This document shows, one piece after another, positions 33,621 to 41,929 of a stretch of DNA of 44,731 bases (positions are counted from its first letter, which is position 1; every line of letters starts with the position of its first letter). The notes beneath the pieces are model-generated. The model did no database searches and had not been told where the DNA came from. It saw only the letters and a list, made by a program, of their open reading frames with translations. The stretch covers positions 1-44,731 of the forward strand of contig JBAXQG010000001.1 in NCBI GenBank assembly GCA_037131855.1. Direction: 5' to 3'. The translations under genes were made by a program, and so were the position numbers. The DNA comes from a bacterium (GTDB lineage Bacteria; Caldisericota; JANLFM01).

Positions 33621-33636
33621 ATCTCCGGCTTTTTGT

Positions 33637-33712
33637 GCCCCCATAGTCTAGTGGCCGAGGACATCGCCCTTTCAAGGCGAAGACGGCGGTTCAATTCCGC
33701 CTGGGGGTACCA
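33637..33712 (+). tRNA. tRNA-Glu (anticodon UUC), CCA encoded
   Basis: Acceptor GCCCCCA/TGGGGGT, D-arm GTCT-AGTGGCCGA-GGAC, anticodon loop CTTTCAA, T-arm GGCGG-TTCAATT-CCGCC, then A-CCA. Confidence 0.93.
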
Positions 33713-33777
33713 TTATTATTTTAGCAAGATCATCTGAGTCGAGTAGAAGTGAAAGAGAACTCGGCATATGTATTCGC

Positions 33778-33851
33778 TGGGGAGTCGTCCAGTGGTAGGA
33801 CAGCGGACTTTGGATCCGCCGACGGTGGTTCGAGCCCATCCTCCCCAGCCA
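33778..33851 (+). tRNA. tRNA-Gln (anticodon UUG), CCA encoded
   Basis: Acceptor TGGGGAG/CTCCCCA (U1-A72), anticodon loop CTTTGGA, T-arm GGTGG-TTCGAGC-CCATC, then G-CCA. Confidence 0.93.
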
Positions 33852-33870
33852 AAACGAACAAGTGAGGATC

Positions 33871-34866
33871 ATGCAAGAGCGCTTGTATGCAGTCGTGTTG
33901 GCAGCCGGTCTGGGTAAGCGAATGAAGTCCGTTCTCCCCAAGGTCTTGCATCCCTTACTAGGGCGACCGATGCTTTCCTACACCCTGGATTCACTTGCAC
34001 CGCTGGACTTGGCAGCGACAATTATCGTCGTCGGCCATAGCGGGGAATTGGTGCAAGAGCGCATGGGATCCGGCTTCCGTTATGTCTGGCAAGATCGCCA
34101 GCTTGGGACTGGACACGCCCTCCAACAAGCCAGGGAAACCTTGAGTGGCGAGACTGGGACGTTGCTGGTATTGCCCGGAGACATTCCTTTGCTGCAGGCT
34201 GCCCACCTCTTGCATCTGTTGGAGGTTCACCAGCAATCGCAGTGTCTGGGTTCAGTGTTAACTGCTCTTGTGGAAGATCCTTCTCTCCTGGGGCGCGTGT
34301 GTCGAAATGCCGATGGCGCTTTTGAAACGATCGTCGAGGAAGCCGATGCCAGCCCTTCCCAGAGGAATATTCATGAGGTCTCCACTTCTATCTACGCATT
34401 TTCTTTGCCGGCGGTCTTCGACTATCTGGAACGCCTCTCCCCCAATAACGCGCAAGGCGAGTACTACCTGAATGATGTGCTGCCGATGATGCACCAAGCG
34501 GGTAACGTGCAAGTTGTCAGGGTTGATGATATTCCCATCATCGGGGTCAATGATCGAGTGCAACTCAGCCAATGCAGGCGTATCTTGCACGACCGTCTCT
34601 TGCGCGATTGGATGAGAGCAGGCGTAACCATGGAAGATCCGGCCACTGTCTCTTTGGACTGGGAAGTGAGATTGAAGCCAGACACTGTGATCAAGCCCTT
34701 TACCGTTCTTGAGGGAGCTTGCCATATCGGTCAAAATTGTGTGTTGGGACCCTTCCTGCATCTAATTAATGCTGTTATACCGGACGGGACGCGCTGCCGC
34801 GGGCTGTCAAGTTTCAGTGAGCTGTCATGCAGGCAAGGTCTGTCCAATCAAGGAGAGGAGCGATGA
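33871..34866 (+). CDS. glmU: GlmU-like UDP-N-acetylglucosamine pyrophosphorylase lacking most of the C-terminal acetyltransferase (left-handed beta-helix) domain
   Basis: AVVLAAGLGKRMKSVLPKVLHPLLGRPML, QLGTGHAL, LPGDIPLL, NAQGEYYLNDV, GVNDRVQLSQ. Only about 3 hexapeptide turns follow before the stop (331 aa, against roughly 450 aa for typical GlmU). ATGA overlap with the prs start. Confidence 0.85.
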   Translation: MQERLYAVVLAAGLGKRMKSVLPKVLHPLLGRPMLSYTLDSLAPLDLAATIIVVGHSGELVQERMGSGFRYVWQDRQLGTGHALQQARETLSGETGTLLVLPGDIPLLQAAHLLHLLEVHQQSQCLGSVLTALVEDPSLLGRVCRNADGAFETIVEEADASPSQRNIHEVSTSIYAFSLPAVFDYLERLSPNNAQGEYYLNDVLPMMHQAGNVQVVRVDDIPIIGVNDRVQLSQCRRILHDRLLRDWMRAGVTMEDPATVSLDWEVRLKPDTVIKPFTVLEGACHIGQNCVLGPFLHLINAVIPDGTRCRGLSSFSELSCRQGLSNQGEER

Positions 34867-35840
34867 GCTTGGAAGAGCAAATTCATCTATTCAGCGGGAA
34901 TGCCAATCTCGCTTTGGCCCAAGAGGTCGCGGATTTTCTTCATATTCCACTTGGCGCCATGGAGTCATCACGCTTCCCGGACGGTGAAATCCATGTGCGT
35001 TGCCAAGAGAGCGTGCGAGGACAAGACGTTTTCCTTCTCCAGCCGACCTGTTCTCCTGTCAACGAGAACTTGATGGAGTTGCTGGTCATGATCGACTCGC
35101 TGAAGCGAGCGTCAGCCAGGAGTATTACCGCCATCGTGCCATACTATGGCTACGGTCGCCAAGACCGCAAGACCAAACCGCGAGAGCCGATCACTGCAAA
35201 ACTTGTGGCTGACTTGATCACAGTGGCTGGAGCCAACCGGGTCGTGGCTGTTGACCTCCATGCCGGCCAGATACAAGGTTTCTTCAACATCCCCTTCGAT
35301 AACCTGACAGCCAGCCTGCTCTTTCAAGACTACTTTCTCAAAAAGAAGGGTCTGCAGGAGGCAGTCGTGGTCTCACCCGACATCGGCCGTGTTCCTCGCA
35401 CGCGCATCCTCTCCGACAAACTGAACTACTCCCTGGCCATCGTTGAGAAGCGTCGTCTGGGTCCTGACCGAGTGGAAACGATGGGAGTGATCGGAGATGT
35501 CAGCGGAAAGGTGGCTGTCCTGGTGGATGACATGATTACCACCGGGAAGACGCTGCTCTCTGCCGCCAATACGATCGATAAGGCTGGTGCGCGACAGATC
35601 CTCGCTGCTTGCACCCACGCTGTCCTTTGCGGAGATTCAGTGAAAATGCTTGAAGACTCTCCAATCGTCGAATTGGTGGTGACCAATTCAATTCCCATCC
35701 CTCCGGAAAAGATGATCGATAAGATTAAGGTCTTATCCATTGCACCGCTGCTAGGGGAGGGGATTACCCGTATTCGTGAGAACCGCTCCATCTCAGATCT
35801 ATTCAGCTACGGTTCGTCCGAGCAAATCGCCCTGTATTAG
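34863..35840 (+). CDS. prs: ribose-phosphate pyrophosphokinase
   Basis: LFSGNANLALAQEVA, RFPDGE, PYYGYGRQDRK, VAVDLHAGQIQGFF, and the PRPP loop LVDDMITTGKTL. Confidence 0.97.
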   Translation: MSLEEQIHLFSGNANLALAQEVADFLHIPLGAMESSRFPDGEIHVRCQESVRGQDVFLLQPTCSPVNENLMELLVMIDSLKRASARSITAIVPYYGYGRQDRKTKPREPITAKLVADLITVAGANRVVAVDLHAGQIQGFFNIPFDNLTASLLFQDYFLKKKGLQEAVVVSPDIGRVPRTRILSDKLNYSLAIVEKRRLGPDRVETMGVIGDVSGKVAVLVDDMITTGKTLLSAANTIDKAGARQILAACTHAVLCGDSVKMLEDSPIVELVVTNSIPIPPEKMIDKIKVLSIAPLLGEGITRIRENRSISDLFSYGSSEQIALY

Positions 35841-35861
35841 GATAGGAAAGGAGTTCAGTTC

Positions 35862-36497
35862 ATGGCAGAAGTTCGATTAGAGGCCGCCCGTAGGGCTGCC
35901 ACAACCAAGGGGGAAACACACGGCCTACGGCGGCAGGGATGGATTCCCGCTGTCGTGTATGGAAAAAACGTTGAGCCGATGGCCATTGCCATCGATCATA
36001 AGGGCTTCGTCAAGGCGCTGGAGCGAAATGGATCCAATGCCATCTTCAGCATACTGGTAGAGGGTGAAACGAAACCAGTCGTGACGATCGTGAAGGAACT
36101 GCAGCGAGAACCTGTCTACCGAACCATCCAGCATGTCGATTTTCATGCCGTTTCCATGGAAGACCTCATCAGCGCTTATGTACCGCTGCATTTGCATGGA
36201 ACTCCTATCGGCGTCAAGGAGGGCGGCATCATGCAAGAGAATCTGCACCAAGTTGAGGTAGAGTGCCTGCCGATGGACATCCCCAGCTACCTGATTGTGG
36301 ATGTCAGCGGATTGGGTATGGGCGATAGTTTATTCGCCGCCAACCTTGTTCTTCCAGAAAAGGTAAAACTCCTCACTGATGCCGGCACAGCCTTGGTCAC
36401 TCTGATTCCACCCGAGAAGGAAGAGGTGGCTGAGACGCCCGCAGCTGTGGCAGAAGCTCCCACCAAGTCTTCCGAGAGGACCGCCAAAGAAGCGTAG
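35862..36497 (+). CDS. ctc: 50S ribosomal protein L25 / general stress protein Ctc
   Basis: TKGETHGLRRQGWIPAVVYGKN...VKELQREPVYRTIQHVDF..., with a long C-terminal domain and an acidic tail. AAAGGAG RBS. Confidence 0.93.
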   Translation: MAEVRLEAARRAATTKGETHGLRRQGWIPAVVYGKNVEPMAIAIDHKGFVKALERNGSNAIFSILVEGETKPVVTIVKELQREPVYRTIQHVDFHAVSMEDLISAYVPLHLHGTPIGVKEGGIMQENLHQVEVECLPMDIPSYLIVDVSGLGMGDSLFAANLVLPEKVKLLTDAGTALVTLIPPEKEEVAETPAAVAEAPTKSSERTAKEA

Positions 36498-36499
36498 CC

Positions 36500-37063
36500 T
36501 TGAAACTGATCGTCGGCCTGGGTAATCCGGGGACGGAATACCGGCACAGCCGGCACAACATTGGCTTCCGCATCGTGCAAGCCTTTGCTGAAGAACGACG
36601 GGTTCTTCCTTGGAGGAAGCGCTTTCATGGAAAGATCGCGGTAGGAGAAGGGTGGTTGCTTCTCCTACCGCAGACTTTTATGAACTTGTCCGGGCTTGCC
36701 GTCGCTGGGGCAAGTTGTTTCTATCATACCCAGGCGGAGGAGATCCTGGTAATCCACGATGATGTAGACCTGCCGCTGGGGGAGATCCGCTTCAAGCATG
36801 GAGGGTCATCCGCAGGCCACCAGGGGCTTGCATCAATCTTGCAATACGTACGGAAAGGCGAATTCGATCGACTTCGTTTCGGCGTAGGCCGAGAAAATGG
36901 AAAAAAAGCCCTCGAATTTATCCTTGAGCCTTTCCTGACGGAGGACGAAGGTTGTCTTCCGGCGCTGATCGAGCAAGCTCGACGCGGTATCGATTGCTGG
37001 CTGGGGGAGGGTATCGCGGTATGCATGAACCGCTTCAACAGGAAGAACCTTCTCGCTCCATGA
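36500..37063 (+). CDS. pth: peptidyl-tRNA hydrolase
   Basis: KLIVGLGNPGTEYRHSRHNIGF..., PQTFMNLSG, HDDVDLPLG. TTG start 2 nt after the ctc stop. Confidence 0.95.
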   Translation: MKLIVGLGNPGTEYRHSRHNIGFRIVQAFAEERRVLPWRKRFHGKIAVGEGWLLLLPQTFMNLSGLAVAGASCFYHTQAEEILVIHDDVDLPLGEIRFKHGGSSAGHQGLASILQYVRKGEFDRLRFGVGRENGKKALEFILEPFLTEDEGCLPALIEQARRGIDCWLGEGIAVCMNRFNRKNLLAP

Positions 37064-40000
37064 ACCTGGCCTCGTTGCTTCTTTCCGAACCAAGCGTACA
37101 GAAACTGATCAGCCATTTGGAAGCAGGTTGCCCTCGCCGTCTAGGTCAAGTAGGGGAAGGCCTGCGGCCACTTCTTGTCTACGCTTTCTATCAATCGTTG
37201 CAGCGTCCTCTGCTGTTGCTCTTCGCAGAAAAAGAACCAATGGAAAGGACAGCATCCTTGCTGGCCGAGTGGGGCCTTCCAGTATCCCCTTTTCCAGCGC
37301 TTGAACCGCACTTCGGTGAGAAAGCGCCTGCCGACTCGACAGCTCTCGCTACCCGTTTGAGTACGCTCTGGGCGATCCGGAGGGATCGTCTGCCGATCGT
37401 CTGCGCTACCCTGAGATCTTTGCTGCAGCCTTGTCCTTCACCCAGTTATTTTTCTCAACAACGCCTGTTGCTTCGTCTTGGTCAAGAGGTGTGGCGTGAG
37501 GATTTCCTCAGTTTTCTCAACGGAGTTGGTTATAGTCGAAGCGCCCGAGTGGAAATACTTGGTGAATACAGTCAACGTGGCGCTATCGTTGATGTGTTCA
37601 CACCGAGCTCTCCACTTCCGTTGCGCTTTGAATTTGAAGGAGACATTTTGGCTTCAATCCGTCTCTTTGACCCCAGTGCGCAAGTCTCCGAGGGACAGGT
37701 TGAGGAAGCGCTGCTGCTTCCCTGGCGAGCTTTTACGATCCATGAGGAGGGATTGGCGGCGATCCGGGGCAGTTTGACTCACCAGCAAAAGAGGCTGCGC
37801 GAGCGTCTACGGACAAGTGAAGCCAGATTTCTTGAGGAGACGATTGGGTCTGACTTGAGACTGTTAGAAAGAGGAGTTCACTTCTTAGGGGAAGAGTACT
37901 ATCATCCCTTCTTCTCTCCGGTAGCCAGCCTCATGTCTCACCTTCCCTCCACTTTCTTGCTTTTATCGGAAGAGGAAGGGAAGCTGCAGCAGGCTTTCGA
38001 GGAGACGCGGCGCGCCAGTGAAATGTCGTACCACAGTGCGCTTGATCAAGGCGAGATCATCCCGTATAGCGCGACAGCCCGCGGCAACTTGACAGCCCGC
38101 GGCAACTTGACAGCCCGCGGCAGCGTGTCCTGGGAGATTGGGGCTGGACAGATCGCTCAGTTTCCCTTGCTTCCTGATTGGTGGTCGCTTCAGGCTAGCC
38201 TGCGCTCGTTCCCCTCGCTTTCTTTTTCTTCCTTTGGCGGGGAGGTCGATTTTCCCTACCAAGCATTGCCTTCTTACCAGGGGCAACTCTCTGATTTTCT
38301 TCCAGTGATGAAGGGGTGGTTAAAGGAAGGGCGGCGGGTGATCCTTGCCGGTAAAGGAATAGCCCGCTACCAAGATCTCTTTCGAAGCCAGGATCTTCCG
38401 GTAAAAGAGATGGATTGGGTTCAAGATCTGGAACCAGGAGCAGCTTACCTTTGGAAAACGGCGCCTGCGCCTGGTTTCAACCTTTCCTCCATAGGACTAA
38501 CCCTTGTTTCGGAAGTAGAGCTGTTTGGTTGGCGGCGAAAACCAAAAAGTGAGCGCCGTTACCGTGAAGCCAAAACTCTCAGCTCTTGGGAAGAGCTGAA
38601 GCCAGGGGATCTGGTCGTTCACGAGACCTATGGAATCGGACGTTACCAGGGATTGGCCACGCTAGAGATCGATGGCCTTTCCCGAGATTATATCCAAATT
38701 TCTTACGCCGACCAGGATAAGCTCTATGTTCCCAGCGACCAGATCTATCTGGTGGCCAAATACCTGGGAGACAATGCCAAGCTGCCTTCTTTGACCCGCT
38801 TGCGTTCCACCGATTGGGCGCGCACCAAGCGCAAAGCGCGGCGGGCAGTCGCTGAGACAGCGCGCCAATTGCTGGAGCTATATGCCGCCCGCGAGGTTGC
38901 CGTTCCTGAACCATTTCCCGAGGTGCAGCCTTGGGAAGAGGATCTCTCCATGACTTTTGCTTATGAGGAGACAGCGGATCAAGAGAAAGCCATCCAAGAT
39001 GTCATGGGTGACTTGCAACGGCAAAAACCGATGGATCGCCTGATATGCGGAGATGTGGGATACGGCAAGACCGAGGTAGCTTTGCGCGCTGCCTTTCGCG
39101 CCGTTTTGTCCAATAAGCAGGTTGCTTTTCTGGCGCCTACGACGATCCTATGCCAGCAGCACTTCAATACTTTTCAAGAGCGATTGCGTCACTTCCCGGT
39201 GCAGACGGAAATGCTTTCCCGCTTCCGCTCTCTCGGCGAGCAGAAAGAGATCCTTAAAAAACTGGTTGAAGGCCGCGTCGACATCTTGATCGGGACGCAT
39301 AGCTTACTCGGCAAGCGTGTCCAATTCAAAGATTTGGGATTGTTGATCATCGATGAGGAGCAACGTTTTGGGGTCCTTCAAAAGGAACGCATGCGTGGGT
39401 GGAAGGGGGATCTGCATGTCCTCACCTTGTCTGCTACGCCCATCCCCCGCACGCTGCAGATGAGCCTTTTGGGGATCCGCGAGGTGAGCATGATCGAGAC
39501 TGCCCCAGCCAACCGCTTTCCAGTGAAGACCTACGTGGTGGAAGCGGATGAAGGGATCGTGCGGAGCGCTCTTTTGCGAGAGATTGAACGAGGTGGGCAG
39601 GCTTTCGTCGTTCACAACCGAATTCATGGCTTGCCGCGGCTGCTCGCCCGCCTCCAATCCCTTCTTCCGGAAGCCCGCATTGCCACCGCGCATGGTCGCA
39701 TGGCCGAAGAGAAGCTAGAGAAGACGATGTGGGAGTTTGCCCAAGGTCAATTCGATATCCTTCTTTGCACTTCCATCATCGAAAGCGGGATCGACCTCCC
39801 CAATGTCAATACACTGATCGTCTCAGACGCTCAGAACCTCGGCTTGGCTCAGCTTTATCAACTGCGCGGAAGGGTTGGACGGAGCGACGTCCATGCCTAT
39901 GCCTATTTCCTTTACCCCAAACACCGCGCACTTTCTGAAGAATCGGAAAAACGACTGGAAGCAATCCGTGATTTTACCAACCTAGGAGCTGGGCTGCGAA

Positions 40001-40668
40001 TTGCCACCCGCGATCTGGAGATTCGCGGGGCGGGGAATTTGCTTGGGGAGGAGCAGCACGGCTTCATGATCAATGTCGGCTATCAAATGTACCGCCAGAT
40101 GTTGGAGGATGCCATGGACAGGCTGCGAAAGGGAGAAGCGATACCGGTTGAGACGGACGAGGAAGAGATTCCACTGGTCCCGCACAGTGCTTTGGAGATG
40201 GAGATCAGTGCCTATATCCCATCTGATTACATTCCGGATGAAGGAAGCAAGATGGAATTGTACGAGCGTCTTGCTTCCTTGACCAAAGAGGAGGAGCTGA
40301 GCGAGGTCGACCATCAACTGCGTGACCGCTTCGGCCCAATCCCCCTTCCATTAGAGAACCTTCTGCGGGTCAGCCGGGTGCGCTTATTGGCCGAGCAGGC
40401 TGGCATTGATCGGGTTCGTCTGGACGATCGCCTTCTCGTTTTTCAGATTGGAGCGGAGCCATTTTTCGACCCGGAGCGTCTTGTCTTACTGGCGCGCCGC
40501 TTCCCCAAGCGGTTCAAAGTTCGAGAAGCCGACTTCTACCTTCGATTGGAGGAAGATGATCTAGGAAATGCCCTGGATCACGCTGAAGAGCTACTGCGGA
40601 TTCTTACCGGCCAAACACTTAACCCTTCGAAAGCTGTGGCAGCTGTTCCTAATCAGGAGACGGCTTAA
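37060..40668 (+). CDS. mfd: transcription-repair coupling factor Mfd
   Basis: 1202 aa with a UvrB-homology N-terminal part, the RNAP-interaction domain (DLVVHETYGIGRYQGL), superfamily-2 helicase motifs (GDVGYGKTEVA, IIDEEQRFG, LSATPIPRTL, QLRGRVGRS) and the TRG/D7 region. ATGA overlap with the pth stop. Confidence 0.97.
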   Translation: MNLASLLLSEPSVQKLISHLEAGCPRRLGQVGEGLRPLLVYAFYQSLQRPLLLLFAEKEPMERTASLLAEWGLPVSPFPALEPHFGEKAPADSTALATRLSTLWAIRRDRLPIVCATLRSLLQPCPSPSYFSQQRLLLRLGQEVWREDFLSFLNGVGYSRSARVEILGEYSQRGAIVDVFTPSSPLPLRFEFEGDILASIRLFDPSAQVSEGQVEEALLLPWRAFTIHEEGLAAIRGSLTHQQKRLRERLRTSEARFLEETIGSDLRLLERGVHFLGEEYYHPFFSPVASLMSHLPSTFLLLSEEEGKLQQAFEETRRASEMSYHSALDQGEIIPYSATARGNLTARGNLTARGSVSWEIGAGQIAQFPLLPDWWSLQASLRSFPSLSFSSFGGEVDFPYQALPSYQGQLSDFLPVMKGWLKEGRRVILAGKGIARYQDLFRSQDLPVKEMDWVQDLEPGAAYLWKTAPAPGFNLSSIGLTLVSEVELFGWRRKPKSERRYREAKTLSSWEELKPGDLVVHETYGIGRYQGLATLEIDGLSRDYIQISYADQDKLYVPSDQIYLVAKYLGDNAKLPSLTRLRSTDWARTKRKARRAVAETARQLLELYAAREVAVPEPFPEVQPWEEDLSMTFAYEETADQEKAIQDVMGDLQRQKPMDRLICGDVGYGKTEVALRAAFRAVLSNKQVAFLAPTTILCQQHFNTFQERLRHFPVQTEMLSRFRSLGEQKEILKKLVEGRVDILIGTHSLLGKRVQFKDLGLLIIDEEQRFGVLQKERMRGWKGDLHVLTLSATPIPRTLQMSLLGIREVSMIETAPANRFPVKTYVVEADEGIVRSALLREIERGGQAFVVHNRIHGLPRLLARLQSLLPEARIATAHGRMAEEKLEKTMWEFAQGQFDILLCTSIIESGIDLPNVNTLIVSDAQNLGLAQLYQLRGRVGRSDVHAYAYFLYPKHRALSEESEKRLEAIRDFTNLGAGLRIATRDLEIRGAGNLLGEEQHGFMINVGYQMYRQMLEDAMDRLRKGEAIPVETDEEEIPLVPHSALEMEISAYIPSDYIPDEGSKMELYERLASLTKEEELSEVDHQLRDRFGPIPLPLENLLRVSRVRLLAEQAGIDRVRLDDRLLVFQIGAEPFFDPERLVLLARRFPKRFKVREADFYLRLEEDDLGNALDHAEELLRILTGQTLNPSKAVAAVPNQETA
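38074..38127 (+). repeat. 18-bp in-frame tandem repeat (two identical copies plus a third matching 15 of 18 nt) inside mfd
   Basis: ACAGCCCGCGGCAACTTG appears twice, then ACAGCCCGCGGCAGCGTG, encoding TARGNL-TARGNL-TARGSV. Confidence 0.9.
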
Positions 40669-41928
40669 ATGATCCAGCACGACTGGCAGGTGGATGTCAA
40701 GCTGCTCCAGGCAATCGATCAGCCGCAGGTTATTCATTGGCTGTTGCCTGAACGTGTAGCTATATTGGAGGGGACGGTTTTGCCAGATTGGGAGGATCTT
40801 GAGAGGCGCGGGATCTTGGCGATAGTTTTAATTCTCGATGGTCCCAACCCTTCTATTGGGCCAAGCTTCGAGCAGTTGACCTTGCCTTCGCCGGAAGGAC
40901 CTTGGCCTTCCCCCTCTGACCTGATCCAATTTTTCGATTTTCTCCTGCTGATGCGTGAAATGAATCGACCCGTACTAATCGCCTCAGATCGCAGCAGCGC
41001 TTTAGCTGCAACCTACCTTTCCTTCTTCTTGTTGGCGCAAGGAGTATCCCTCGATGAAGCAGCAAGGCGCGTGGGCGCCTTGATTAAAAGCTGCCGAGAT
41101 TCTGACTTGCGCCGTTCTCTGGAGAGAATTATCCCTCATCTTTTGCAAACTCAGACAGAAGAGGGGGAGCGCTTTTTAGAGTTCAACCGCATCATGCGCG
41201 CCTTGCGTAAGCGCTGTCCCTGGGATCGTCAACAGACACACCGTTCGTTAACCAAATATTTGTTGGAAGAATCCTGGGAATTGATCGAAGCGGTGCGTCA
41301 GGAGAACAGTGAAGCATTGGCCGGGGAATTAGGCGACGTCTTCTTGCAGGTCGTTTTTCATGCGGTGATAGCCGAGGAAAAGGACGAATTTACACTGTCC
41401 CAGGTTCTTGACCATATCACCCGGAAATTGGTCCGTCGTCATCCGCATATCTTTAACCAAAGATGCGAGCTATCGCCTGTTGGAGTGGAACAGCAGTGGG
41501 AAAGCATCAAAGACAAGCTGGAGCAGCGGAAAGAAGGGGAGGAAGCTCGACGCTATATGCCCGCTCTAAGCCGAGCGGAACGCATCCAGGAAATAGCAGC
41601 GCACCAGGGACTCGATTGGCGGGATAGCTCCGGTGTGCTGGAGAAGATAGGGGAGGAATGGCTGGAGCTGCAAGAAGCGGTTCATGCGGAGAATCCAGAC
41701 CAGATCGAAGAAGAGGTTGGCGATATGCTCTTCAGCATTGTCAATCTTACCCGTTTCCTCCGCTTGAATCCGGAGGAAGCATTACATCGCTCTATCGATA
41801 AGTTCCAGGCGCGTTGCAAGCGAGTAGTTGAGATCGCTGGCCGTACCGGCAAAGAAACAACGACCATGAGCCTCGAGGAATTGGATCTTGTTTGGGAGAA
41901 AGCGAAAAAAGAGCCGCAAAACAAGTAG
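40669..41928 (+). CDS. mazG: nucleoside triphosphate pyrophosphohydrolase MazG (tandem MazG domains) with an unrecognised ~165-aa N-terminal domain
   Basis: LRKRCPWDRQQTHRSLTKYLLEESWELIEA...ELGDVFLQVVFHA...RRHPHIF, and a second repeat EEVGDMLFSIVNLTRFLRLNPEEAL. ATG abuts the mfd TAA. Confidence 0.9.
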   Translation: MIQHDWQVDVKLLQAIDQPQVIHWLLPERVAILEGTVLPDWEDLERRGILAIVLILDGPNPSIGPSFEQLTLPSPEGPWPSPSDLIQFFDFLLLMREMNRPVLIASDRSSALAATYLSFFLLAQGVSLDEAARRVGALIKSCRDSDLRRSLERIIPHLLQTQTEEGERFLEFNRIMRALRKRCPWDRQQTHRSLTKYLLEESWELIEAVRQENSEALAGELGDVFLQVVFHAVIAEEKDEFTLSQVLDHITRKLVRRHPHIFNQRCELSPVGVEQQWESIKDKLEQRKEGEEARRYMPALSRAERIQEIAAHQGLDWRDSSGVLEKIGEEWLELQEAVHAENPDQIEEEVGDMLFSIVNLTRFLRLNPEEALHRSIDKFQARCKRVVEIAGRTGKETTTMSLEELDLVWEKAKKEPQNK

Positions 41929-41929
41929 T

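Noticed and set aside
31326-33851. Genomic island integrated at tRNA-Lys.
   Set aside because: There is no integrase, recombinase or phage gene, and I could find no direct repeat of the tRNA 3' end downstream. The cargo is only two metabolic paralogues with codon usage like the rest of the window. It is kept as a low-key context note in the findings, not called as a mobile element.
33672-33951. Two minus-strand ORFs (89 and 73 aa) in the tRNA-Glu/tRNA-Gln region.
   Set aside because: They run antisense through two well-formed tRNA genes and the glmU start. They have no coding signal.
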